64,000 nucleotides of DNA from Candidatus Poseidonia alphae (GTDB taxonomy: Archaea > Thermoplasmatota > Poseidoniia > Poseidoniales > Poseidoniaceae). The translations under genes were made by a program, and so were the position numbers. Below the pieces are notes generated by a model. The model made no database searches. It was not told where the DNA came from and was given only the letters and a program-made list of their open reading frames with translations. The stretch is from the NCBI GenBank assembly GCA_002505405.1, contig DAVD01000037.1, positions 146,880-210,879 on the forward strand. Reading direction: 5' to 3'. Below, in pieces: positions 20,001 through 27,937 of this stretch; the stretch's first letter is position 1, and each line of letters starts with the position of its first letter.

Positions 20001-20981
20001 GACTTGGAGCGTAAACTCCGTGTCCTCCAACGCCGCCTTGAAGGCTTTGGAAACGTCAACATGATGGCCATTGAACAATATGATGCCTGTCAAGAGCGAT
20101 TAAATTTGATGAAAGACGAATTTTCAATGCTCCAAAAGCATCGGAAGGAATTGATTGAGGTGACAGAACAACTTGAATCTCAACGTAAGGAACGATTAGT
20201 GGATGTCCTTGAAAAGGTCAATTTGAATTTCCAAAAATCCTATCATGCATTGTCGGATGGTGGACGCGGCGAATTGTTCCTCGAAAATCCGGATGAACCG
20301 TTCAAGGGCGGTTTGGAATTGTGGGCCCAACCTCGGGGGAAGTCCTCTAAGGTCAACCGCCAGCAACTCTCCGGTGGTGAACAATCCATGGCGGCACTGG
20401 CTTTGATTTTCGCAATTCAAGACTATGATCCAAGTCCGTTTTACTACTTTGATGAAGTCGATCAAAACCTTGATGCGTACAATGCGGAACGAATCGCAAA
20501 GATGTGCCGAGAGCGAAGTCAACGGGCACAATTCATCATGGTTACACTGCGCAAGGTCTCATTGAAACTTGCTGACCACCACATCGGAATTACTCACGGT
20601 GGAGATGGATGCAGCCGTCGTATTTTGGACTTTGATAGGGAACGAGCCATGGCTTTGGGCGATGCAGCCTTGAAAGAAGCCCAAAAAGCAGCCAAGAAGA
20701 ATGAAACCAGACTTCTCAATGCAAAAGCGGCGGTTGAGGGCATGCCTCTCGTTCCAGGTGAGCCAGAAGTTCCTCAGAGTCTTGGTGGTTTGGTCCCACA
20801 CATGGCGGCAGCGCCCGCTCCAGCCGTTGAGCCGGCCATGAGTGGACTTGCTGAACGTGCGGCCGAGTTGACTGAAGATATCGCAGAGCGTTCGGAAGTC
20901 GCTCATAAAATTCTTGCAGAGGATGCGGAAGAAGCAGAAGAGCAGGGCGAAGTATCTGCTCAAGTTGAAGACGAAGTTTGA
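17079..20981 (+). CDS. smc: Chromosome segregation protein SMC (with unusual C-terminal extension)
   Basis: 1300 aa. Walker A 'GPNGSGKSN', long coiled coils, hinge 'GIIGTIAELC...ATFLPLNKL', signature 'QLSGGEQSMAALALIFA', Walker B 'FYYFDEVDQNLD'. Confidence 0.96.
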   Translation: MYLKSLEVSNFKSFKGEVTIPLDRGFTAITGPNGSGKSNCGDAIQFVLGPKSNRVIRAQNSTDLIFNGGKNSKPARECAVTLVFANPLMGNGRRRLPLDKEEIRMSRKVRLTASNNVSTSYLLNGEDSTQKAFHRLLGAANARPDGYNIVLQGDVTSLAKMTANERRKVLDNVAGVTSYDDEIRKATKQQEKVEGYIERIGLLEKEQLDRLATLEKEKALAEKAREVTEAIQRSNELLLQSRYASMRNELEFHTGQRDQSLAASQTLMDEHKENEKTLLQLDDRIAELQKEINALTGGDTSELGRAIRDLQVSIELNNDRISEAEREETEEAVEFEAMNAQWGEAKDELSSFQTELKTANEDLAAALGDLADAEKEEDAIKLALESAGEKNLDLSRALSKANENTGAKKAALDSAQSDVDRLALEAQLIGEQLATAQDEAEEMRLALGECDLRKEELKDEAPEYDREALAAALNQSQRTEQQLTEDTGRIENKFRDAERRLSRAKAEMEEKSGAKGLAGGASAVIAARDRGELTGIIGTIAELCAPKDNAHETALATAIGAGMASVVVDTDEDAARAIRWLSENRSGRATFLPLNKLANSRPAGKSVMVARKEGVIGFAHEMLDYDPRIDIAVRFVLRNTLLVDSMATARRHMGGIRLVTLGGNLTEAGGAMVGGSRRKLSITFGGRIQGASEVEKCIAEVDKYRLMSETVSAALREARIKQQELRTQINALVDDSHATSVRELKAERKQLQATYSKGLGVVKGLEEKLASLQTRAQGSLKSLDEAQRQHAAAEDEGQLAQAALEAASPEHLRERMNAAKLKRVEATGVKERAEGSLASGSASLTLLQRRVAESKGRIDRLESNRISRSERIDTLSAERASDLITLKEKKDEQAVFLEENLGLEQERQELTDERATLRVRNEERLTKAQNHRRLAEELLRTIAEREHEVQLMAQELIEAGLSPNELPQDLANVGDLERKLRVLQRRLEGFGNVNMMAIEQYDACQERLNLMKDEFSMLQKHRKELIEVTEQLESQRKERLVDVLEKVNLNFQKSYHALSDGGRGELFLENPDEPFKGGLELWAQPRGKSSKVNRQQLSGGEQSMAALALIFAIQDYDPSPFYYFDEVDQNLDAYNAERIAKMCRERSQRAQFIMVTLRKVSLKLADHHIGITHGGDGCSRRILDFDRERAMALGDAALKEAQKAAKKNETRLLNAKAAVEGMPLVPGEPEVPQSLGGLVPHMAAAPAPAVEPAMSGLAERAAELTEDIAERSEVAHKILAEDAEEAEEQGEVSAQVEDEV

Positions 20982-20990
20982 GGTGATGTC

Positions 20991-22178
20991 ATGGCGGAGC
21001 AACAAGCAATCCTTGACCGATGGTTCCTCCAGCAGGACATCATTGACCAGTTGCTTGCTTCGGGTGAAGACCGAGATGATGCAGAACAGTTCAGTCAACG
21101 CATTATGTTGATTGCTGAAACTGAAGAAGCCGAACATCAGAGTCTTCATGACCCGTTTGACCGTTCTGTGGCCTTGGTCATGTCCTTGGTTCGCGAAGAA
21201 GAATTCAACCCGTGGGATGTGGATTTGTCCGCCTTCCTGAAGGTTTTTACTCAGCGGGTCAAGGAAGATGACGACCTCGACCTTCCAGCCTGTGGGCGGT
21301 TGATCCGACTTTCGTGGGAAGTACTTCATCACCAATCTGCAACATTGTTTGAGCGTATTCAGGCCCAGGATGTTGAAGAGGATTGGGACGATGACCTGTC
21401 CTTTGGATGGGAGGCTGAGTACGACGATGAGGCTTATTTCTTCACACAATCCGTCCTTGAGGGCAATGCTGACGAGGTATTGCCTTCTCTATTCGATAGC
21501 CGCGTTCGTCGTGACGAAGGGCGGCCGGTCACGTTGGGTGAATTGCTTTCAGCGTTCAAGGATGCTGCGGATGATGCTGAAGCTTTGAAGGTACGAGAGG
21601 TCAATCGATTGGAACATCAGAGGGAACTTGAGGAGTATCTGGCTGATGTTGGGGGTCGCATGCACAACGAGGACCTTGAGGGCGACATTGAACGTTGCTG
21701 GATGGCTATGAGAAAAGCATGTGCAGAGGCAAACTCGCACACGGTGCCCTTGCTTGATGTCATCCACCACCTCAAGCCCATTCTCCAAACTACATTCGGG
21801 GAGCAGCTTGGGGACGCCGATTCTGAAGCATTTGTTGCATCCTTTATCGCTGGTTTGTTTTTGACTCACAGGAGAATTGCAAGCATCTCACAAGAAGGTG
21901 AAGAACTTAACATGATCATGGTTGAAGATATGTGGCCAAATTTGAACTCTTTTGATGAAGTCTTAGAGCAAATTGAGCGGGTCATGCAAGAAGATTCAGA
22001 CGGCCTTGAAGAGGAATCAACTGGTTCGGAGAATCGAATGAACGCCATAGCTGAGCGGGCTAGGGTTGCAGAAGAGAAAGCTGCTCGGCGTCAGGCAAGA
22101 TTGGAATCCAATGCGGAAAAAGCCCATCCAAAGGTTGCGGATGATTTCCTTGGAGAACACGACTGGTTGGTTGAGTAG
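20991..22178 (+). CDS. scpA: Segregation and condensation protein A (kleisin), extended
   Basis: 'EEFNPWDVDLSAFLKVF' ScpA motif. 395 aa with acidic insertions. 9 bp after smc, preceded by GAGGTGA. Confidence 0.8.
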   Translation: MAEQQAILDRWFLQQDIIDQLLASGEDRDDAEQFSQRIMLIAETEEAEHQSLHDPFDRSVALVMSLVREEEFNPWDVDLSAFLKVFTQRVKEDDDLDLPACGRLIRLSWEVLHHQSATLFERIQAQDVEEDWDDDLSFGWEAEYDDEAYFFTQSVLEGNADEVLPSLFDSRVRRDEGRPVTLGELLSAFKDAADDAEALKVREVNRLEHQRELEEYLADVGGRMHNEDLEGDIERCWMAMRKACAEANSHTVPLLDVIHHLKPILQTTFGEQLGDADSEAFVASFIAGLFLTHRRIASISQEGEELNMIMVEDMWPNLNSFDEVLEQIERVMQEDSDGLEEESTGSENRMNAIAERARVAEEKAARRQARLESNAEKAHPKVADDFLGEHDWLVE

Positions 22179-22190
22179 GGGGGTGCTTAC

Positions 22191-22802
22191 ATGACAGAAT
22201 TGCCGATTGAGACCCTTATTGAAGCAACACTTTTCAGTTCTGGTAAATCAATGTCTGTGGCTGAACTTTCAGCGGTTCTTGGATACGATGAAGACGAGAT
22301 GTTGGATTGTTTGTATTCGCTCCAAGCTACCTTGCGGCGAAGGAGAGGGACTTCCCTTCAATTGGCCGAGGTTGGTATACGTTGGGCTCTCGAGGTCAAG
22401 CCATCGATTGCATCACATCTTCCTAAGGAAACCAAAACCGATATGCCTCCAAAACTCTTGAAGGCAGCCGCCCTTATTGCTTATCATCAACCCATGCCAC
22501 AGTCGAGACTTGTGGAATTGCTTGGGCAGAAAGCCTACGATTACGTTCGGGAATTGGCTCAACTCGGAATGGTTGATCGCAGGAAGGACGGCAACACGAG
22601 GAGGCTTTCTACAACGCGCCGTTTTTCAGAAGCATTTGGGTGCCCACATACCGATCGCAAGAAGGTCAAGGCTTGGTTTAGGGAGCAAGTCCAGTCTTCT
22701 GGTCTTCTGGATGAACTCGCGGAAAACAAGGAAATTTTGAAAGAAGCCACCGAGGAAGAAGGCACGGTGCAATCATCATTACCGGTGTCTGAAAGTGAAT
22801 GA
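22191..22802 (+). CDS. scpB: Segregation and condensation protein B
   Basis: 'LIEATLFSSGKSMSVAELSAVLG' and 'AALIAYHQPMPQSRLVELLG' tandem winged-helix ScpB pattern. Confidence 0.87.
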   Translation: MTELPIETLIEATLFSSGKSMSVAELSAVLGYDEDEMLDCLYSLQATLRRRRGTSLQLAEVGIRWALEVKPSIASHLPKETKTDMPPKLLKAAALIAYHQPMPQSRLVELLGQKAYDYVRELAQLGMVDRRKDGNTRRLSTTRRFSEAFGCPHTDRKKVKAWFREQVQSSGLLDELAENKEILKEATEEEGTVQSSLPVSESE

Positions 22803-22804
22803 GT

Positions 22805-24103
22805 TCATCCTTGGCGCAGTTCGTTGAGCCATTCTTCCGCCATGGTTTGAGTGCGAGCACCTTCATGTTGCTGAATCCGTTGAGAGAGGAGTTCAATCTC
22901 CTCTCCTATCGCTCCAGCGCTAACAGCCATGTTCTTTGAATGGAGTTTCATGTGACCTGCTTGAATTCCATTGGTTGAAAGTGCGCGTAAAGCGCCTAAA
23001 TTCTGTGCAAGTCCGGCACAAACCATGATTCCTGCTAATTCTTGAGCACTCTCGACGCCGAGAATTGAAAGATTGGCTTGAGCAACGGGGTGAACTTTCG
23101 AAGCACCTCCTACAATACCGACGGCCATAGGGAGTTCCATTGCCCCTACCAGATTCCCTTCGTCGTCTTTGGACCATGTGGACATTGATGTGTATCGTCC
23201 ATGTTCAAGGGATGTCCAAGCGTGGCTTCCGGCTTCAATGGCTCTCCAATCTTGCCCACAGGCAACAGCAACACTGCTTATGGCATTCATGATGCCCTTG
23301 TTGTGCGTAGCGGCTCTGAACGGGTCTTCTTCTGCGAATACATGCGCTTCTAGGATGCCTTCAATGATGTCGAGTCCATCTTCTCTTGTTCCGTCATTTG
23401 ACAATTCTTCGGGCGTGAATGTGGCTTCAACCCTGGCCAGGCGGTGTGCTGCCAGATTGGATAGGATTCGCAGGTGCACTCTTCCTCCGGTGAGGGCTTC
23501 AATTTGAGGAGAAATGCGCTCAGCCATCGTGTTTACAGCATTTGCCCCCATGGCGTCTCTGCAATCCACCAAAAGGTGGATGATGAGCATGGTTCCCATT
23601 GGGGTTTGAAGTTGCCTTGTTTCTATGTCCTTGCAACCGCCTCCAAGTGCAATCATTCTCGACGGTATGTCATTGCAAAAAGCCATCAAGTCGTTTTTCG
23701 CCTCAGCAATCGCCTGTTCAGCGCCTTCCAAATCGGTTACATCGAGAACTTGAAGTTGCCCAATCATGACCGGTTTGTCGCTGTTGGTGCGGAACCCTCC
23801 GTTGACAAGGCACCGTTTGGCCATGTTGGACGCTGCGGCAACGACACTCGACTCTTCTAGGCAAAATGGAATGATGTAATGCGCTCCATCGATGACAAAG
23901 TTCGTAGCCACTCCCACTGGAAGGGACATTGTCCCGATAACATTCTCAATCATGCGGTTTGCAGCCTCTTCATTCAACTCGCCGTAATTCGCTAGGGATT
24001 CAACATGTTTTGGATCGAGATCGGCTGCTTCTGCTACCGCTAAGCGACGCTCTTCTACAGACTTGCGAAAGAACCCTTTGAACCGACTGTTTTCCACTGG
24101 CAT
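22805..24103 (-). CDS. hmgA: HMG-CoA reductase, class-II-like
   Basis: 432 aa. 'FKGFFRKSVEERRLAV' N-terminus and soluble ~430-aa length resemble class II enzymes. 'ENVIGTMSLPVGVA', 'DAMGANAVNTMAE', 'ALSTNGIQAGHMKLH'. Confidence 0.92.
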   Translation of the reverse strand: MPVENSRFKGFFRKSVEERRLAVAEAADLDPKHVESLANYGELNEEAANRMIENVIGTMSLPVGVATNFVIDGAHYIIPFCLEESSVVAAASNMAKRCLVNGGFRTNSDKPVMIGQLQVLDVTDLEGAEQAIAEAKNDLMAFCNDIPSRMIALGGGCKDIETRQLQTPMGTMLIIHLLVDCRDAMGANAVNTMAERISPQIEALTGGRVHLRILSNLAAHRLARVEATFTPEELSNDGTREDGLDIIEGILEAHVFAEEDPFRAATHNKGIMNAISSVAVACGQDWRAIEAGSHAWTSLEHGRYTSMSTWSKDDEGNLVGAMELPMAVGIVGGASKVHPVAQANLSILGVESAQELAGIMVCAGLAQNLGALRALSTNGIQAGHMKLHSKNMAVSAGAIGEEIELLSQRIQQHEGARTQTMAEEWLNELRQG

Positions 24104-24178
24104 GGCCTTTCCCTCAATTGCTCCTAAGGGCGCTCTTCCTTGAATGAATCGTTGGAAGCATGTGCCAGTCCAGTTCTT

Positions 24179-24240
24179 TTTTAACGCTTTTAACGCATAG
24201 CCTAACGCGTTAATTGCCCGTTAATTGAGCGTTATTAGGG
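24179..24240. promoter_or_regulatory. Dyad-symmetric array of six TAACG(C) half-sites in the divergent hmgA / orc1-like intergenic region
   Basis: TTTTAACGC x2 in tandem (24179-24196). Palindrome TAACGCGTTA (24203-24212). Three tandem 11-bp units CGTTAATTGCC / CGTTAATTGAG / CGTTATTAGGG (24208-24240). The repeats are certain; their function is not. Confidence 0.6.
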
Positions 24241-24341
24241 GCGTCAAATGCTTTTCCGTCAGCGAACTAACATATCCTAACGGGCTTGTAGTACACCCTC
24301 TTGCCGTCAAAGATGATATACTTGAGGTTCGTTGCCAAGGC

Positions 24342-26189
24342 ATGGTCGAGGAAAGCAATCTTTACGGCTTGCCTCTGTTATCTGAGAACCCGTTTTCAAC
24401 GCGTCCGCTGGAGGCGGGGGAGCTCGGAAAATTGGTCGGGCGAGAGACGCTCTTCACCATGCTGAAGAATTACGTGACCCTTCGCTCTTCAAGGCGAATC
24501 TTGCTCGTAGGGCCCTTGGGCTCGGGCAGGACGTCACTTCTAAGATGCCTCACCCCCTACTCGGGAGAATCAGCCTACATTGGCCATCTTTCAGCAAATG
24601 CACCAGCAAAAAGCCTCCTTGAGATGATGTATCAAGGAATTATGGGCATTCAGGCTCCATCTCGTCGCGATGAGGTCGTCAAAGGCCTGGTTGATGGCAT
24701 GTATGGTTTTGGTGAAAAATTACCGCTCATCGTTATCGATGTGCCTGCAAGCGATATGTCTGTCCTGAATGTTGCCCTTCGAGATACGCTAACGGTCCTT
24801 GAACGCCTCAATGCTCTCGTCATCTTGGTGTGCGACCAACGACAGCGTCAACAACTCCCACAGGAACTCTCAATGGCGTTTGAAGAACACCGCCTCTCGC
24901 CTTTTACACCATCCGATGTCTTGTCCTTGGTCAAAAAGCGCCTTGCATCGGTTGGTTGTATGGATTCTGATTTTACCATGCAGGATGCAACTCGCATCCT
25001 TGAACAGACGGATGGCTATCCAGCCTTAGTCATCAAGGAGTTGAGGAATGCAGTGGACGTGATCAGGATGGGCAGAGATATGGGCGTTGCCGAGCAATCG
25101 TTTGATACTTCAGCCCGATTAGAGGTAAGGGACGGTCCTTCTACACTTGATCAACTGATGACGTCACATGATGGAAAGGTGCCTCTCTTTGAACCATCAC
25201 TTCCGACGGTTGAGGAACCCGTTGAAGTCCAGTCGTTGGAGGAGAACGCTGAGATTATTGATGCATCCATACCTTGGGATGAGCGTACAGCGGTTGAAGA
25301 AGATGACGAATCCGCATTTGGTAGCCTTTTTGATTTGGATATTGGTGCTCTTGACGAAGCACAAGAGCTTGATGAACCTCTTCAAGTGACGCCGTTTGAT
25401 ACGCCGATTATTGATGCATCAGCGTCACAAGAAACACCTTACCTCCCTCCTCCAGCAGGGAATTTCGGCGGCCTTATACGCAGAAATAAGGGAGGTCTTT
25501 CTGCAGGCAAGGAAGAATCTGATCATGAACAAGCACATTCCGTTCAACAACACAAAGTGGAAACCAATGAGGGAAATGAATACTGGATTGCAGATGAAAG
25601 CCCCCCAGTGAAGCAAGCAGAGGAATTCAACGAGGACGAATCCGCAGCGCTCATCCATGATGAAGTCGGTTTTGTCGACGAAGCCTTAGTGGGTGACGGA
25701 GAAATGAATGTTGAGGTGGATGAGGGCCAAACTGAACTTGAGTTGAATGAATCAAACCCACCATCTGCGCTGGGAGAACAGGATGTCATGAACCTCTTAG
25801 CGAGACTTCTGGAGTCCATCCAGTCCCCAAAGCAAACGAACTCCACTTCAAGCGATAGCATCATGGCTTTTTTCGAATCAAAACGAAGGGACATTGTTGG
25901 CCCTAAAGAAAGTCATCCACTGGACAAACATTTGCTTTCATCTCTCTCACGTTCAGAAGCCTATGTGGTTGGACAAGCAAACGATCGTAATGTTTCGCCT
26001 TCTGATGAAGAAATGTTGGCCTTCTTATCGATTAAGCGTGCCCGATTATCTCAAATCTGCAACCGATTGCTGAGAGGTGGTATTTTACAGGCGAGGAAGG
26101 AAGGGCGGCATCGTAAGTATGTACTTACTCAATCTGCTAGGGCCCAGTTAGAAGCATGGGGAAGTTTCCAAAGGAGTGCATCACTATGA
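24342..26189 (+). CDS. Divergent Orc1/Cdc6-like AAA+ protein (Walker A Lys->Arg) with acidic linker and C-terminal winged-helix domain
   Basis: 'NPFSTRPL...LVGRE', 'ILLVGPLGSGRTSLL', Walker B 'LPLIVIDVP', 'LSPFTPSDVLSLVKKRL', 'TDGYPALVIKELRNAV'. About 250-aa Asp/Glu-rich linker. wHTH 'LSQICNRLLRGGILQARKEGRHRKYVLT'. The track ORF opens at TTG 24225 inside the repeat array; the first in-frame ATG is 24342. Confidence 0.55.
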   Translation: MVEESNLYGLPLLSENPFSTRPLEAGELGKLVGRETLFTMLKNYVTLRSSRRILLVGPLGSGRTSLLRCLTPYSGESAYIGHLSANAPAKSLLEMMYQGIMGIQAPSRRDEVVKGLVDGMYGFGEKLPLIVIDVPASDMSVLNVALRDTLTVLERLNALVILVCDQRQRQQLPQELSMAFEEHRLSPFTPSDVLSLVKKRLASVGCMDSDFTMQDATRILEQTDGYPALVIKELRNAVDVIRMGRDMGVAEQSFDTSARLEVRDGPSTLDQLMTSHDGKVPLFEPSLPTVEEPVEVQSLEENAEIIDASIPWDERTAVEEDDESAFGSLFDLDIGALDEAQELDEPLQVTPFDTPIIDASASQETPYLPPPAGNFGGLIRRNKGGLSAGKEESDHEQAHSVQQHKVETNEGNEYWIADESPPVKQAEEFNEDESAALIHDEVGFVDEALVGDGEMNVEVDEGQTELELNESNPPSALGEQDVMNLLARLLESIQSPKQTNSTSSDSIMAFFESKRRDIVGPKESHPLDKHLLSSLSRSEAYVVGQANDRNVSPSDEEMLAFLSIKRARLSQICNRLLRGGILQARKEGRHRKYVLTQSARAQLEAWGSFQRSASL

Positions 26190-27241
26190 GTTGGAATATC
26201 GCATGGTCGTGGCAATCCGAAGGAAGAATCGCAGCAATGGCCCCTCTTGAAGGTGGTTTATTGGTGAGTGCCGGCCTTCAACTTACAATGTTGGAGGCGG
26301 GCGGCGAAGAACGGTGGAGCGTAGAAGTTCCGTTCAAAGTACATGCAGCACAGGGGTCGCAAGGAATGCTGGGTTTGTTGGCTGCTCATGGTTTTTATCT
26401 CATGGATACCACTACAGGGGGCATGGTCAACGAAGGCCGTAGCACACCTCGGGGCTTCAGTGACCTTGCTCACCGACCCGGAGGAGGATGGGTTCTGGCA
26501 GGACGCCAAGGGCAATTGCATCTCTTTTCCCAAGAAGGACGAGGAATTCGCCGCGTCGAAACAGGGCCAATTCGCAGACTGGTTGGGTGGCTTGACCGTG
26601 AGCATCTTCTCTGGCAGGACCCAAGCGGGACGCTTTGGTGCGGCCGGTTAACGGGTGAGGACAGAAAGCGGAAATTGGAAGATCGTGCCTGGAGTTGGTG
26701 CTCTCGCCTTGTTGAAGGTCGTCTGTTGCTTCAAAGTGGGGACGGGGGCATCTGGGAAGGCGTCCCCCATCCATTTGGATGGGATCAACTTGAACGCCTT
26801 GAGCATGAATCCATTGAGCCTATGGAGGCAGTTCGCAGTGGAGATGGATGGTGGGTCCTGAGCATCGAGGGCAATCTACACGCTCTCAGTTTGCCTTCAG
26901 AAGGCTCTGGGCAGGAGTCTGAACCTCTTGGGCTTCATATGGATCTGGGTGATCTGCTGGTTTTGTGTACGCCGGATGCCATGGCGACGGCAACTCGAAA
27001 CGGTCTTGTGCGCAAATGGTCGGCTCCACACCTGTCAGAGGCAGAGCGCCAAGGGCGGTATAAGGCGGCAGCTGAAGCCGCCCTTGCAAGGAATTGGGAC
27101 GAGCGACGTCAACTGTTCCTGCGTGCACAAGAGGCGGAAGATTTGGGTAAACTCTCACTGGCTATCGAACTCTACGAGTCGCTTGGTAGGACTGAAGATG
27201 CCCGTCGTTTGCTGGGTCGCCAAAAGGAGGGAGGCGAGTGA
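26186..27241 (+). CDS. Repeat protein (PQQ/WD-like beta-propeller-like) with C-terminal TPR-like helices
   Basis: 351 aa, Gly/Trp-rich repeated strands ('GGWVLAGRQGQLHLF', 'GDGWWVLSIEGNLHAL'), helical tail 'LAIELYESLGRTEDARRLL'. ATG 26186 overlaps the upstream TGA (ATGA); AAGGAG lies 9 nt upstream. Confidence 0.5.
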   Translation: MSWNIAWSWQSEGRIAAMAPLEGGLLVSAGLQLTMLEAGGEERWSVEVPFKVHAAQGSQGMLGLLAAHGFYLMDTTTGGMVNEGRSTPRGFSDLAHRPGGGWVLAGRQGQLHLFSQEGRGIRRVETGPIRRLVGWLDREHLLWQDPSGTLWCGRLTGEDRKRKLEDRAWSWCSRLVEGRLLLQSGDGGIWEGVPHPFGWDQLERLEHESIEPMEAVRSGDGWWVLSIEGNLHALSLPSEGSGQESEPLGLHMDLGDLLVLCTPDAMATATRNGLVRKWSAPHLSEAERQGRYKAAAEAALARNWDERRQLFLRAQEAEDLGKLSLAIELYESLGRTEDARRLLGRQKEGGE

Positions 27242-27537
27242 AGGAATCCCCAGACACCATCACCGTGGGCCGGGTAGAAAAATACCTTGACATTACCAAA
27301 CGTGCCAGGGCTAAGGCCACGCCTTTGGTTGAACCCTCTTCTGTTGAAGGTCAGAAACTCAATACGATGCTGCGAATGGCCGACGATTATGCATCGGACG
27401 CCCGCCATTTCCTTGAAATCGGAGATCTCATTCGTGCTTTTGGGGCCATCAATTATGCACATGCTTGGATCGATGCAGGTGTTAAATTATGCTGGCTTGA
27501 CGGCCACGGAGACGACGTACTTTTCACCCTCCCGTGA
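27238..27537 (+). CDS. Small archaeal DUF357-like protein
   Basis: 99 aa. 'YASDARHFLEIGDLIRAFGAINYAHAWIDAGVKL' resembles my recollection of the DUF357 family. GTG start overlaps the upstream stop (GTGA) with AGGAGG 7 nt upstream. Confidence 0.5.
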   Translation: MKESPDTITVGRVEKYLDITKRARAKATPLVEPSSVEGQKLNTMLRMADDYASDARHFLEIGDLIRAFGAINYAHAWIDAGVKLCWLDGHGDDVLFTLP

Positions 27538-27543
27538 TTCGCT

Positions 27544-27927
27544 CTATAGCGATTCAAGGACGTGCATTCTGGTGCCCTTGCGGACCTCGAGTACCGTCAA
27601 GTTCTTTTCATAAAGGCGTCGTTTTAATCCAGTGTCGACCGTGAGGGTTGCACATTGAAGTTCACAAGCCATCTGAAACAGTATGTCGTCGGTATGGCGT
27701 AATTCTTCGTTCTCGTTGATTCGTAAGGCTGATTTTGCCTCTAATAATGAAAGAAGAAGGCGTTTTGCAGGTGAACGTTCAGCTTCCAGGGTGTTTAGTT
27801 CGGTGAGGACCTCGGGAATGAGGATCCATTGACATGGTCCGATGAGCCGTTCCATTTCACGCTCAATGTTGAGTTTAGCATCAACACAAGCGACCCACCC
27901 GCAGGCGTCAATGAGCACCTGCTGCAT
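27544..27927 (-). CDS. PIN-domain protein, Fcf1-like
   Basis: 127 aa. N-terminal 'VLIDACGW' acidic residue, 'HTDDILFQ', 'ATLTVDTGLKRRL' (compare Fcf1 'vaTqDreLkrRl'). Lies directly downstream of aIF2gamma, as in many archaea. Confidence 0.6.
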   Translation of the reverse strand: MQQVLIDACGWVACVDAKLNIEREMERLIGPCQWILIPEVLTELNTLEAERSPAKRLLLSLLEAKSALRINENEELRHTDDILFQMACELQCATLTVDTGLKRRLYEKNLTVLEVRKGTRMHVLESL

Positions 27928-27937
27928 TTCAGTGACC

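Noticed and set aside
20559-21449. 296-aa ORF antisense to the smc 3' end and scpA 5' end
   Set aside because: It lies opposite two strongly supported genes. Its sequence is low-complexity with no motif, and long antisense ORFs are expected opposite Glu/Lys/Leu-rich coiled-coil coding sequence.
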